Below, piece by piece: positions 1 to 14,000 of a stretch of 64,000 nt of DNA; positions within the stretch are counted from its first letter, which is position 1, and each line of letters starts with the position of its first letter. The stretch is from NCBI GenBank assembly GCA_002269645.1, contig NIVC01002602.1, forward strand, positions 93,850 through 157,849, given 5' to 3'. Both the position numbers and the translations under genes were made by a program. The notes under the pieces are model-generated. The model was not told where the DNA came from, ran no database searches, and saw nothing but the letters and a program-made list of their open reading frames with translations. This DNA is from Macrostomum lignano. Lineage: Eukaryota.

Positions 1-128
1 ACTCTGTAACTCATCTGATATATCCGTATTTGAGCACTCAGTGCCTCTGAATTCCATAAAAAATTATAAATATTTTAACTTTTTGAGTTTCCAACATGAT
101 ATGACAGCCCTAATAATCAGCTGACAAA

Positions 129-612
129 TACTCTCAGCCTCCCCTACTCTCAGCAATTCCCCTACTCTCACCCTTCCCTACTCTCACCCTCCCCTATCTC
201 ACCCTCACCTACTCTCACCCTTCCCTACTCTCACCCTCCCCTATCTCACCCTCACCTACTCTCACCCTCCCCTACTCTTAGCCTCCCCTACTCTCACCCT
301 CCCCTACTCTCACCCTCCCCTACTCTCAGCAATTCCCATACTCTCACCCTCCCCTACTCTCACCCTCCCCTACTCTCACCCTCCCCTACTCTCAGCAATT
401 CCCATACTCTCACCCTCCCCTACTCTCACCCTCCCCTACTCTCACCCTCTTCTACTCTCACCCTCCCCTACTCTCACCCTCTTCTACTCTCACACACCCC
501 TACTCTCACCCTCCCCTACTCTCATCCCTCCCTAATGCTCAACTCCCCTCTTCTCTCACTTGTCCTTTACCCTCTTCTCTACTCTACTCTCACGCCAAAT
601 TTACTCTCACCC
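129..612. repeat. 17-bp minisatellite CTACTCTCACCCTCCCC
   Basis: Direct tandem copies visible. Confidence 0.95.
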
Positions 613-1121
613 CAGACAAGACAGACAAGCAGAGACCAATGCTGGTTAGAGACTTAAAAAGGAAAGACAGTCAAGAACTGAGGATGAAGAGTGCAAAGCC
701 AGCTTCTAAAAAGGCAGAGAAATTGGCCTTTAAAGAAGAATATCAGGCGAAACCTTCTAGGTTTCTGGCTAGCAGAAAAGTTGAACATTTTCTCTCATCC
801 CTGCATGTCCTAAGCTTCCCCTAAAACTGTGTGAAGTCCCCAATCTGCGTGTACTTCTTTCTCTGTTCCCATTCATTTGGCTGCAAAACCAATGAGATTC
901 TCTCAGTCTCTCAGGCGATGTACTCAAAATCGCGTACAGTTACCAGCAATTGAAGCAAGCAAAAATTCCTTTCCTGCACTGTTTTGCCTCTGCTCAACCC
1001 CAAAATTCTGCTGATCCTTAGAACTAAAAACTCTGTATTCTTAGGTTGCCAAGGGTTTTATAAAACAATTTTTTTAATAAGCTTGTGTCTGTAATCTCTG
1101 CGTCTGAACATAAAACAAATC

Positions 1122-3716
1122 ATGTTAAAAAAACAAATTCTTTTAATAAAATCAATTGTGGCGAGCATATTTGTGATGGTGAGCTTTACAGTTTCTGCTT
1201 ATTCTGTGGTAGCTCCTTTTACCGGTGATACCAGGTGTACATGTACCGATAGCAGCTCAATATACCGGGTGTTGCAGCTACTCAATATACCGGTGATACC
1301 GGGTGTTGCAGCTACTCAGTATACCGGTGATACCGGGTGTTGCAGCTACTCAATATACCGGTGATACCGGGTGTTGCAGCTACTCAATATACCGGTGATA
1401 CCGGGTGTTGCAGCTCAATATACCAGTGGTACTGGGTGTTGCATACCGGTAATACCATCGTTTCAATGAACGTATTTTTTCGTTAAAAAAGGTTGTTTAG
1501 TGATCTGTGCTGATATTTATCCTCTATATGATGCCGAACCCAAAATTTTCAATTTGCAGGCCTTCCTCTACTTGCCTGTCAACAATTTCAAGATTCCAAG
1601 AGTAGCCAACTTTTCATTCTCGAAATTTTATCCCGCAAGAGACCGAAACAGCAGTGGTAGCAGGGAATTAACAGGGAATTACAGCACAATTCAAAGGCTC
1701 ATTATTACTGGCACTGGAAATCGACGAATTCCGAAAATTCTCCATTAAACTTTTTCAACCTCACGAGTGATAACGGCTTACCAAAAGTACATTGAGTCCT
1801 GCGTGAAGCTAAATCCCGACATGAAATATTACCTTTGGACTGACAGAGACATTGATCAGTTGATTAAAGTGCATTATCCCCATCTAGACTGGAAGTTCAA
1901 GGAGTTCAAGCATCCGCTGGAAAAGTCTGATGCCGCCAGATACTTCATCTTGCACAAGTTTGGGGGTGAGTTGCCTCTGTGCTGTATTCTGTACTGTATT
2001 CTGTGCTGTATTCTGTACTGTATTCTGTACTGTATTCTGTGCTGTATTCTGTGCTGTATTCTGTGCTGTATTCTGTGCTGTATTCTGTGCTGTATTCTGT
2101 ACCGTATTCTGTGCTGTATTCTGTACTGTATTCTGTGCTGTATTCTGTGCTGTATTCTGTACCGTATTCTGTGCTGTATTCTGTACTGTATTCTGTGCTG
2201 TATTCTGTGCTGTATTCTGTACTGTATTCTGTGCTGTATTCTGTGCTGTATTCTGTACCGTATTCTGTGCTGTATTCTGTACTGTATTCTGTGCTGTATT
2301 CTGTACTGTATTCTGTGCTGTATTCTGTGCTGTATTCTGTACTGTATTCTGTGCTGTATTCTGTGCTGTATTCTGTGCTGTATTCTGTACTGTATTCTGT
2401 GCTGTATTCTGTGCTGTATTCTGTGCTGTATTCTGTGCTGTATTCTGTGCTGTATTCTGTGCTGTATTCTGTGCTGTATTCTGTGCTGTATTCTGTGCTG
2501 TATTCTGTGCTGTATTCTGTGCTGTATTCTGTGCTGTATTCTGTTTTCGGTACTACACAATCTATGCTTCCTTCCATTCCAGGCATCTACATCGACATGG
2601 ACGTCGAGTGCAGGCGTCCCTTTTTTCCGAGCCTGGCCAACTACTCGGCCTTCGTGGACCAGGAGAACACCATGCAGGCGCAGATCGTGTGGAACCGCAG
2701 CTTCAACGCCATGAACTCCGGCATGGGCGCCACGCCGGGTCACCCATTTTTCAACCGCAGCATCGCCGAGCTGCTCAAGGTGCGCAAATTCGGCGACCCC
2801 GTGTCCTCGACGGGACCGGACCTGCTGACCCGAACGCTCAAGGCCTACTGGGAGGAGGGTCAGGACGGGGGTCTGCACCCGGTAGATCTGCTGCCCGATT
2901 ACGTCATGTCACCCGTGATGGACTTTAATCAGAATTATCGCTGGAGATGCTACCATCCGTCAGGAGAAAACAGTGAGCTTTTGGTTTTTAACATTGACAT
3001 TATGCGCGCGTAATAAACGACTCGCAACCCCTCTTTGTTCGCTGATTGGCCTGTTCAAAATATAGGACACCCTTCTGATCCCTCTGCCCGTGGCGCAGCA
3101 CGGTGATTGGCTGGGACCAGTTTATAAACTTGGACACACTCTCCTGTTTCCTCTGCCCGTCTCGAAGCACGCTGATTGGCTGGGACCACTTTTTTAACTT
3201 GGACACACTCTCCTGCTCTCTCTGCCCGTCTCGAAGCTCGGTGATTGGCTGGGACCAGTTGATAAACTTGGAAACACTCTCCTGTTCCCTCTGCCGGTCT
3301 TGTAGCTCGGTGATTGGTTTAGGCACAATCAGGATAGATATCCTTTTCTCAATCCCTCTAAGTTCCCCTATTATCTAGAACTACATTTACTTCTGCAAAA
3401 GATCATTCAATCCATTTACTATAAACTGTCAATTATATTCAACAATTTTTCAGAGTTATCAATCTTAGCGTCCGCAAACTTAAAGCGCCGTAACAAGCAG
3501 GCGCTATTCGAAGAAGAAAAAGGCTGCTTAAGGATGAAGTCCAAAGGTTTTCGATTGGACAGCGATGTCAGTAGCGGCACAATCGCCATTCACCGGTTCA
3601 GACACCTGGGCTACCCGCACAATGCTCGTACTGTTGCTTCGAATGTATTCGACGCTGCAAAGCTGTTTTCCGGTCGGATAAATTTCTTTACGAGTTCGAA
3701 CGGGTCGACTTTCTAG
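1122..3716 (+). CDS. Glycosyltransferase family 32 (DXD sugar-binding, SUR1/OCH1/IPC-mannosyltransferase-like), type II membrane protein; carries an in-frame TAA at codon 82 (nonsense allele, young pseudogene or base error)
   Basis: Phase-consistent GT-AG exons 1122-1178, 1560-1965, 2583-2972, 3454-3716 (372 codons). N-terminal signal anchor ILLIKSIVASIFVMAFLYL, IPKILH*TF motif, YYLWTD, KSDAARYFILHKFGG|IYIDMDVEC (GGIYxDxD), GATPGHPF, STGPDLLT, AIHRF. Confidence 0.85.
1221..1455. repeat. 34-bp minisatellite in GT32 intron 1
   Basis: Unit TATACCGGTGATACCGGGTGTTGCAGCTACTCAA. Confidence 0.9.
1977..2544. repeat. 12-bp minisatellite in GT32 intron 2
   Basis: Unit GTGCTGTATTCT; source of the ILCC/STEY/VLYS ORFs. 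Confidence 0.97.
3040..3320. repeat. 69-bp minisatellite in GT32 intron 3
   Basis: TGATTGG recurs at 3104, 3173, 3242 and 3311. Confidence 0.85.
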
Positions 3717-5087
3717 AAAAAATTTTTTGGCGATTTACCCATTCACGCGGCCTCAGAGAAACGTCAACTTATTAAGTCATAAAGGCACGAGCGAACATTT
3801 GCAGTTTGTTATTTGGCTGATTGATTCGCAAAAAAAGTATTTTATGTAAAACAAGAACTTCATATTTTTGACTGGTTGCTGTAGTTAAAAAGATTCTGTA
3901 TTTGTCACAACTAAATAACATATATCTGCATCTGTTAAAGTTTCAAATCAATCGTGGAACAATAACTTTGAGCATCCTATTTGAATTTTACTGATTTCTG
4001 CTTCAGAAAAACAAAAAAATTCATTTTTTATTTTCCTACTTTATGCCAAGCTCTCTGATTCTTTTTTCGCGTTTTTTTTACCAAAAAACTGCAATTTTCT
4101 TAAAGTCAAATAAAATATAAAAAACTGTTTTGTTTATCTAAAACAAACGTTTCCTGCTTAATAGGTCAGATATATATAGATTTTAATGAAATGTTTTTGT
4201 CTATTTCTGCATATGTTCATTCACAACTCGCATGTATCGCTTGAATAAGCGCGCACACTACGATCGACAGCAACTATGCAGACTAACAGCAATAAAATTC
4301 ATTTTTCGGTTTAATTTCTTTCCATTCCAATAACTGCACAATTTTTTGTTGTATAAGAAAATATAATGCAATTATATGTATTATGCGTTTTACGTTTACA
4401 AAGTATAAATATAAAATATAAAACTCTAGAATAAAATATTTGCTGCACAACTATATAACACACAATAAATTATTTTATTATATTTCGAAAATTAGCACAA
4501 AGTCATTTGTTATAATGGACAGTGCAATAAATCAAAAACAACATCGTCGAAGGACAATTAAAATTTTAAAATATAGATGCTGATTCATACGTTTCAAAAA
4601 CGACATTTACTATGAAATTATTGTTAAGTTTTGTTTTCAAATTTCAATAAATCACAAGAGTGTTTAGCTTTTTGAATGAAAAATACCAAAATCTTTAGAG
4701 CTTGGTGAATATGTAGTTGACAACGAATCTAATTGAAGCGTGTGAATAAAACAAGACGAAACACTGGTGTTAGTGAATAGCAAGAGAGACAAAATTTTCT
4801 GCATTTGGTGAACTGGCGAAATACTGGCGATATAATTCAGCGAAGATGGCGAATGAGAAAATAGGAATTTTTAGAGTTTGTGAATGGGGGCGGGCATATT
4901 TAAAATGGCATACAAATATTATTCAAATCTGTACAAATATTTGCATTAAGTGAATGAGAAGGTAAAAGAAACTGCAGTTGGTGAATCGCAAAAAGACTAA
5001 TTCGTGGCTGAATACCTGTAAAGTTTTTTCCAACAATCCTGGCTACGCGCCCAGTTTCACGATTCCAATCGTCTAGCATTAGGCTTT

Positions 5088-8000
5088 CTATTCAGCCGAG
5101 CTCGAAGTGGCACCAATTTCTGTTTCTCGCTGTTCGTCGAGAGTCTTCGATTCCAGTTGTTGAGCCGCTTGCTGCAGTTGCAGCGGCTCCGGCGGCGCTG
5201 TTAAAGACGGCAGAGGGGCGACTTCGAAATTCGGCGAGGACGCGGCAGCGATTGCGGCGGCGGTGGCGGCGGCGGGGGCGAGGCCCAGGCAAGATGCGCA
5301 CTGAGGTGAACGGGCACCGGGCGAGCAGCCACCGTCGGCTGCTGCTCCTACTGCATCGGCGGAGGCGGCCTGGCGGGCCTGCTTGAGTCGGCGCATCTTG
5401 CTGATGAGCTTGCTGTGCGTGCTCGTGCACAATTGACCGCCCTCATCGCCTCCGGCTGCCACCAGCGCAAGCTTCATCTTCAGCTTCTCCTGGAAGCGCT
5501 GCTGAGCTGCCCGAAGCTGCTCCAGCCACACCATCTGGGCGATTTGGGGTTGGTTGAGGATTGATTATCTGCTAGCGGCTCTTATATAGATAAACCCATT
5601 TGGTTATCGGCTCACGCCTCCCCCACCCCAGTTGGTTATCGGCTTGCCCCTCCCCCACCCCAGTTGGTTATCGGCTTGCCCCTCCCCCACCCAGTCGGTT
5701 ATCGGCTCGCCCCTCCCCCATCCCAGTTGGTTATCGGCTAGCCCCTCCCCCACCCCAGTTGGTTATCGGCTCGCCCCTCCCCCACCCCAGTTGGTTATCG
5801 GCTTGCCCCTCCCCCACCCCAGTCGGTTATCGGCTAGCCACTCCCCCACCCCAGTCGGTTATCGGCTAGCCACTCCCCCACCCCAGTTGGTTACCGGCTT
5901 GCCCCTTCCCCATCCCAGTTGGTTATCGGCTTGCCCCTCCCCCACCCCAGTCGGTTATCGGCTAGCCACTCCCCCACCCCAGTCGGTTATCGGCTAGCCA
6001 CTCCCCCATCCCAGTTGGTTACCGGCTTGCCCCTTCCCCATCCCAGTTGGTTATCGGCTTGCCCCTCCCCCACCCCAGTCGGTTATCGGCTAGCCACTCC
6101 CCCACCCCAGCCGGTTATCGGCTAGCCACTCCCCCACCCCAGTCGGTTATCGGCTAGCCACTCCCCCACCCCAGTCGGTTATCGGCTAGCCACTCCCCCA
6201 CCCCAGTTGGTTACCGGCTTGCCCCTTCCCCACCCCAGTCGGTTATCGGCTCGCCCCTCCCCCACCCCAGTCGGTTATCGGCTCGCCCCTCCCCCATCCC
6301 AGTTGGTTATCGGCTAGCCCCTCCCCCACCCCAGTTGGTTATCGGCTCGCCCCTCCCCCACCCCAGTTGGTTATCGGCTCGCCCCTCCCCCACCCCAGTT
6401 GGTTATCGGCTTGCCCCTCCCCCACCCCAGTCGGTTATCGGCTAGCCACTCCCCTACCCCAGTCGGTTATCGGCTAGCCACTCCCCCACCCCAGTTGGTT
6501 ACCGGCTTGCCCCTTCCCCACCCCAGTCGGTTATCGGCTCGCCCCTCCCCCACCCCAGTCGGTTATCGGCTCGCCTCTCCCCCACCGCAGTTGGTTATCA
6601 ATAACTAATTACTACAAGCGCCTACCATCGCATTCTCGTTGCCAGCCTGCAGTGTTAGCACTCCGGTCACCTGTCGGAAGCGGCTAATGTTAACCAGAAC
6701 AAAAGCGTGCCGTAGATTGACGGCTAAAACGATGCAAAGTGTAACTAATAGAGGCGCCGTATTTTCAATAAAAAGTTCTCATTTAAAATCATCTAGATTA
6801 CAATAGACATCAAAAGCGTAGCTATCCATAAAAAGCACAATAATTTTAATGAGACCTTTTTGATATACTTAGCTTGTTCTAACCAACAAATATCTAATGG
6901 TTCAAACGTATTTCGTTAAGCGGTAAAACTAAGCGTTCAGGCACTGGGGGATTGCTTGGCAACTAGAAATAAAATAAAACTCAAATTATTCTGTTTACTA
7001 TAGCAACAAAAATTATGATTGCGGGTATAGCGTTCATAAATGTATACTTCGTTCATAAATGTACAAAACAATAATTTATGACACTTCGCTCTTTGTGACT
7101 TTTTAATTGCTATATAAGTTGTAAGAGAAAAATGTGTGCTAATCTTGGTGTCAGATTGATAAACTGGCATGGGGTTTCAGGTTGCTAATATTAGGGTGTC
7201 AGGTTGCTAATATTGGGGTGTCAGGTTGCTAATATTGGGGTGTCAGGTTGCTAATATTGGGGTGTCAGCTTGCTAATATTGCAGTGTCAGGTTGCTAATA
7301 TTGGGGTGTCGGGTTGCTAATATTGCAGTGTCAGGTTGCTAATATTGGGGTGTCAGGTTGCTAATATTGGGGTGTAAGGTTGCTAATATTAGAGTGTCAG
7401 GTTGCTAATATTGGGGTGTCAGGTTGCTAATATTGGGGTGTCAGGTTGCTAATATTGGGGTGTCAGGTTGCTAATATTGGGGTTTCAGGTTGCTAATATT
7501 GCGGTGTCAGGTTGCTAATATTGGGGTGTCAGGTTGCTAATATTGGGGTGTCAGGTTGCTAATATTGGGGGTGTCAGCTTGCTAATATTAGGGTGTCAGC
7601 TTGCTAATATTGCGGTGTCAGCTTGCTAATATTGGGGTGTCAGGTTGCTAATATTAGAGTGTCAGGTTGCTAATATTGGGGTGTCAGGTTGCCAATATTG
7701 GGGTGTCGGGTTGCTAATATTGCAGTGTCAGGTTGCTAATATTGCGGTGTCAGGTTGCTAATATTGGGGTGTCAGGTTGCTAATATTGCGGTGTCAGGTT
7801 GCTAATATTAGGGTGTCAGGTTGCTAATATTGGGGTGTCAGGTTGCTAATATTGGGGTGTCAGGTTGCTAATATTGGGGTGTCAGGTTGCTAATATTGGG
7901 GTGTCAGGTTGCTAATATTGGGGTGTCAGGTTGCTAATATTGGGGGTGTCAGCTTGCTAATATTAGGGTGTCAGCTTGCTAATATTGCGGTGTCAGCTTG

Positions 8001-11000
8001 CTAATATTGGGGTGTCAGGTTGCTAATATTAGAGTGTCAGGTTGCTAATATTGGGGTGTCAGGTTGCCAATATTGGGGTGTCGGGTTGCTAATATTGCAG
8101 TGTCAGGTTGCTAATATTGCGGTGTCAGGTTGCTAATATTGGGGTGTCAGGTTGCTAATATTGCGGTGTCAGGTTGCTAATATTAGGGTGTCAGGTTGCT
8201 AATATTGGGGTGTCAGGTTGCTAATATTGGGGTGTCAGGTTGCTAATATTGGGGTGTCAGGTTGCTAATATTGGGGTGTCAGGTTGCTAATATTGGGGTG
8301 TCAGGTTGCTAAACTTGGGTGTCAGGTTGCTAAACTTGGGTGTCAGGTTGCTAAACTTGGGTGTCAGGTTGCTAATATTGGGGTGTCAGGTTGGTGATTT
8401 GGGTAACCAAGTTACCAAAATGGTGTCAAGATGCTAATTTAGGTGTCAGCTTAACTGATAAGCTGTCACGTTGTAAATTTTCGGTATCAGATCCTTTTCA
8501 TCCATCTATATACATGATACAGTATCAATTTTTACCATTGTATACTTGGAAGTACACGTAGCTATATGTGACTGTGTACATTGAATAACTAAAAAACAGT
8601 TTGTGAATAGAAGCTTGACCAGCTCGAGAGTTGAGGTTGCTCACAGGCTAGTTAGTGTACTTTAATACCTTGATTCTGCATCGGCATAAAAGATGTACAT
8701 TCGACCACACAGGTGGATGTTACAGATGAGTCTTGATGCGCATGCTTGGCTGCGGTTAAACAGGACAGTTTGTTATAAGAGCGTGTTTGAGTAGGGAGAA
8801 TTGACTCGCAATAGTCTTCAATCTTGTACTTAACCTAACCCTACCTGACATCACCTCACCTGACCTGACTTAACCTAACCCTACCTGACATCACCTGACC
8901 TGACCTGACTTAACCTAACCCTACCTGACATCACCTCACCTGACCTGACTTAACCTAACCCTACCTGACATCACCTGACCTGACCTGACTTAACCTAACC
9001 CTACCTGACATCACCTCACCTGACCTGACTTAAACTAAACCCTACCTGACATCACCTCACCTGACCTGACTTAAACTAAACCCTACCTGACATCATCTGA
9101 CGTCACCTGACCTGACTCAACCTAACCCTACCTGACATCACCTCACCTGACCTGACTTAAACTAAACCCTACCTGACATCACCTCATCTGACCTGACTTA
9201 AACTAAACCCTACCTGACATCATCTGACGTCACCTGACCTGACTCAACCTAACCCTACCTGACATCATCTGACCTCACCTGATCTGACTCAACCTAACCC
9301 TACCTGAAATCATCTGACCTCTCCTGACCTCAAATGACCTTACCTAACCTTTGACCTCTCCTAAACTCACATGACCTCGCCTGATCTCCTCCGCCTTTGG
9401 CTGACCTCACGTGACCTCGTCTGACCTAGCATGAGCTCACCTGACCTTCTTTGACCCTGCCTTACCTCACCTGACTTTACCTTACCCTACCTGAGATCAT
9501 CTGCCCTCATCTGACCACATCTGATGCCTACATGTGACTGATTATAATTGAAATGGCATGACGCAATCCAACATTAACAAGTTAGTTAGCGGCACGAGTT
9601 GAAAATTAAAAGCATTTACGATATTCTAGTCATGGAGTATTTTAAAGATCGAATGGATTGTAAAAAAATCAACAGAAAATGCTACCAATAAAAAAACTTT
9701 GTGTTTCAGGAGTAAATGTTTTAGGAAAAAACCGAAAATCAACACAAATAATAACTAAAGACGGTTACAAGCAGTCAATCAATGTGTTGTTAGATTAATT
9801 TGTAAGTAATACCAAAGATCATTGCAGCAACTCACCATTGGATTCCATGGCTGCAATGTCAACAATGCTGAATCTGTCAAGCGCGATTGGCTGTCGGTGA
9901 ACGACAAGCACCGCACCGTCTGTTGGAGTCGACGAGTAAGTCGACTCTTGAGAGCCACGCTGTCGGGAAGAAAAGGTACGTGGCACATACTTCGAGTACG
10001 CAATAACTCTTCTCCTATCTAAATACGAGTATATTGCCAACTCTACACTACTTTGGCACTCACCTTTTTTGGCTGCTTCTTTATTCTGGTCAGCAATAGC
10101 AGGTCGTCAAATAGAAAGCCGTAAATTTCGATTGTTTTGTTAATCTCTGTTGATTTGTTTTATTATCCTTTATTACAGCCATGTAAAATACGAGGTTTTA
10201 AAGGCATAGTTATTTTTAGCTTAATCACAGTTTTACTATTGTAGCACAGGCACTTCACGCCCAGCCTACCCCTCAACCCTCCCAGCCAATCCGGAGCCTC
10301 TGACTAATAAATTATCTCAGTCAAGCAGTTGCGCCCAGCCACCTCACGCCCAGCCTACCCCTCAAACCTTTCCAGCCAATCAGGAGCCTCTGACTAATAA
10401 ATTATCTCAGTCAGGCAGTTGCGCCCAGCCACCTCACGCCCAGCCTACCCCTCAAACTTTCCCAGACAATCCGGAGCCTCAGACTAATAAATTATCTCAG
10501 TCAGGCAGTTGCGCCTAGCCACCTCACGCCCAGCCTACCCCTCAAACTTTCCCAGACAATCCGGAGCCTCAGACTAATAAATTATCTCAGTCAGGCAGTT
10601 GCGCCTAGCCACCTCACGCCCAGCCTACCCCTCAAACTTTCCCAGACAATCCGGAGCCTCAGACTAATAAATTATCTCAGTCAGGCAGTTGCGCCTAGCC
10701 ACCTCACGCCCAGCCTACCCCTCAAACCTTCCCAGACAATCCGGAGCCTCAGACTAATAAATTATCTCAGTCAAGCAGTTGCGCCTAGCCACCTCACGCC
10801 CAGCCTACCCTCAAACTTTCCCAGACAATCCGGAGCCTCAGACTAATAAATTATCTCAGTCAGGCAGTTGCGCCTAGCCACCTCACGCCCAGCCTACCCC
10901 TCAAACTTTCCCAGACAATCCGGAGCCTCAGACTAATAAATTATCTCAGTCAAGCAGTTGCGTCCAGCCACCTCACGCCCAGCCTACCCCTCAAACCTTC

Positions 11001-14000
11001 CCAGACAATCCGGAGCCTCTGGATTTAAAATATACCAGTCAGCCAGTTGCACACAGCCACTCCAAGCCAAGTCCAAACCCTCTTAGTCCTCGCGGAACCA
11101 ATCTTGACCCAGACGCACCCAACAAGTAGAGATGGCCTTCGTACAACAGCTGCCTCTTAGGATTGGCAATCAGCTGTTCGCATGGCTGCGTGCTGAGGCT
11201 GCTGCGTAGAAATTCGGGAATAAATGCGCGCGGCTCCAGTTCAGATACTGGCGGCCAAATTAATTGCTGCTGAATATTTTGCAGCCGTTCAAAATTGCGC
11301 AGCCATTGCAGCTTTTCTTCTAGCAATTCTGGTTGGGGAGTTAGTGAAAGAGGTAATTTAGTAATTAGTTGGAATGCGAAAAGATCACACTCACTCCACT
11401 GTTGAAACTTACGAAGCGAGTGTTCAACCCGTTTAAGATAGTCTGTCAGCATCTCCTGCGCCGAGCTGTCATTCGTGTACTTGCGAATATTGGCTAGCAG
11501 CAGGGGCGTCTTGGTGCAGTGCTGCATTGGGGCTACGAGGAGGTCGGAGAGCTGAAGTCTGTGACACCGGCTGTCTTGCTGGCACCACTGCAAATTTAAA
11601 GTAATTCAACTTTTGTAGTTTAAAAGGATTAGTACTTCACCTGTGTGATTAGCTTTCTGCCTACCTGGGTCATGCTCGGTGCCACACCTGTTCTACCTGG
11701 GTCATGATCGATGTTCCACCTGTTCCACCTGGGTCATGATCGGTGCCACACCTGTTCTACCTGGGTCATGATCGATGTTCCACCTGTTCCACCTGGGTCA
11801 TGATCGGTGCCACACCTGTTCTACCTGGGTCATGATCGATGTTCCACCTGTTCCACCTGGGTCATGATCGGTGCCACACCTGTTCCACCTGGGTCATGAT
11901 CGGTGCCACACCTGTTCTACCTGGGTCATGATCGATGTTCCACCTGTTCCACCTGGGTCATGATCGATGTTCCACCTGTTCCACCTGGGTCATGATCGGT
12001 GCCACACCTGTTCTACCTGGGTCATGATCGATGTTCCACCTGTTCCACCTGGGTCATGATCGATGTTCCACCTGTTCCACCTGGGTCATGATCGGTGCCA
12101 CACCTGTTCTACCTGGGTCATGATCGATGTTCCACCTGTTCCACCTGGGTCATGATCGGTGCCACACCTGCTCTACCTGGGTCATGATCGGTGTCACACC
12201 TGCTCTACCGGTGTCAGAACTTGCACTAGAGAGCCGCCAGAACTTACCCTCTCATACTCAGCGAACTGCTCATTTCGTCGCAGAATGTCCAAATAAGTTA
12301 TAGCGCAGTGGTAGTTCAGGCAGTAGCTGTGATAAACATCGCCATTTCTTGAAGAGGCGTTCCACTGAAATTCCGTTGCAAAAGGGCTAAAGAAAATCCA
12401 GAATCAAGATAAATGTCTTTTATGAAGAGAGACACTCCATTGTCTCCCCTGACACCCCCACCGTCTCCACTGACACCCCCTGTCTCCCCTGACACCCCAC
12501 TGTCTCCCCTGACACCCACTGTTTCCTTTGACACCCCACTGTTTTCCTGACACCCCACTGTTTTCCCTGACACCCCACTGTTTTCCCTGACACCCCACTG
12601 TCTCCCCTGACCCCCACTGTCTTCCCTGACCCCCACTGTCTCCTCTGACACCCCACTGTCTTTCTTGACACCTCACTGTCTCCTCTGACACCCCACTGTT
12701 TTCCCTGACACCCACTGTTTTCCCTGACATCCCACTGTCTCCCCTGACACCCCACTGTCTACCCTGACGCCCCACTGTCTCACCTGACACCCCACTGTCT
12801 CCCCTGACACCCCACTGTCTCTTCTGACACCCCACTGTCTTTCTTGACACCTCACTGTCTTCTCTGACACCCCAATGTTTTCCCTGATACCCCACTGTTT
12901 TCCCTGAAACCCCACTGTTTTCCCTGACACCCCACTGTTTTCCCTGACACCCCACTGTTTTCCCTGACACCCACTGTTTTCCCTGACATCCCACTGTCTC
13001 CCCTGACACCCCACTGTCTACCCTGACGCCCCACTGTCTCACCTGACACCCCACTGTCTCCCCTGACACCCCACTGTCTCTTCTGACACCCCACTGTCTT
13101 TCTTGACACCTCACTGTCTTCTCTGACACCCCAATGTTTTCCCTGATACCCCACTGTTTTCCCTGAAACCCCACTGTTTTCCCTGACACCCCACTGTTTT
13201 CCCTGACACCCCACTGTCTCCCCCGACATCCCACTGTCTCCCCTGACATCCCACTGTCTCCCCTGACACCCCTTTGTCTTCCCTGACGCTCAGCTGTCTC
13301 GCCAAACAACACTATCAATGTCTCACCTGGATCCCTATTGCATCCAGTGGCTCTTCTAAACTTCCATAGGTTCATTTAACTACTCATAATAATCTCTCTG
13401 ACCTCCTTGCAATTTCTGACATTACCATACAATCTCTAACTAGAACTTCCCATCTTCAGCATCAAGTTGCACTCAACCCTTTTAAGGGACTTTGCCAGTC
13501 CACTCGCGGTGCCCAGCTGCTGACTGGCGGCCTCTTTGAGAAACACTGACAGCAGGTCGCGCGAGAATGTGTAGCTCACCTTTCGGGTAGAATATGGTGC
13601 GATGCTTGCGGGTTGCTAGGAGACAGACAATTGACTGGGACATTCGGGAAGCTGGGGTTGTCAGGAGAGACAGCGGGGTTTCAGTGGAGGAGACAGTGAG
13701 GTACGAGCGTATTATAGGGGCATTGGTGTTTTAAGGGAGACAGTAGAATGTGAGGGGGAGGCAGTGGGCTGTTGCTTCATCAGGGGGGACTTTAGTGTGT
13801 CAGGGGAGACAGTGGGGTGTCAGATGAGTTGTTGGGTGTCAGGGGAGACAGTTGGGTGTCAGGGAAGACAGTAGGGTGACGGGGAAGACAGTTGGGTGTC
13901 AGGGGAGACAGTGGGGCGTCAGGGGAGACAGTGGGGTGTCAGGGAAGATAGTTGGGTGTCAGGGGAGACAATGGGGTGTCAGGGGAGACAGTGGGGTGTC

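Noticed and set aside
639-824. 61-aa Lys-rich ORF upstream of GT32
   Set aside because: No splice link to the GT32 model and no recognisable homology.
1746-1748. TAA reassigned to Gln (ciliate-type code)
   Set aside because: No other in-frame TAA/TAG occurs in the genes here, and HEMK1-A ends in TAA.
8669-8749. Candidate 81-nt phase-1/1 cassette exon of the RhoGEF (CCGCAG|...|GTATT)
   Set aside because: Not needed for the PH domain, since 9836 joins 6723 cleanly; the translation is not domain-like. It cannot be supported without RNA data.
10253-11020. Regularly spaced arrays resembling CRISPR
   Set aside because: Units are contiguous with no unique spacers, the context is eukaryotic and there are no cas genes; this applies to all arrays in the window.
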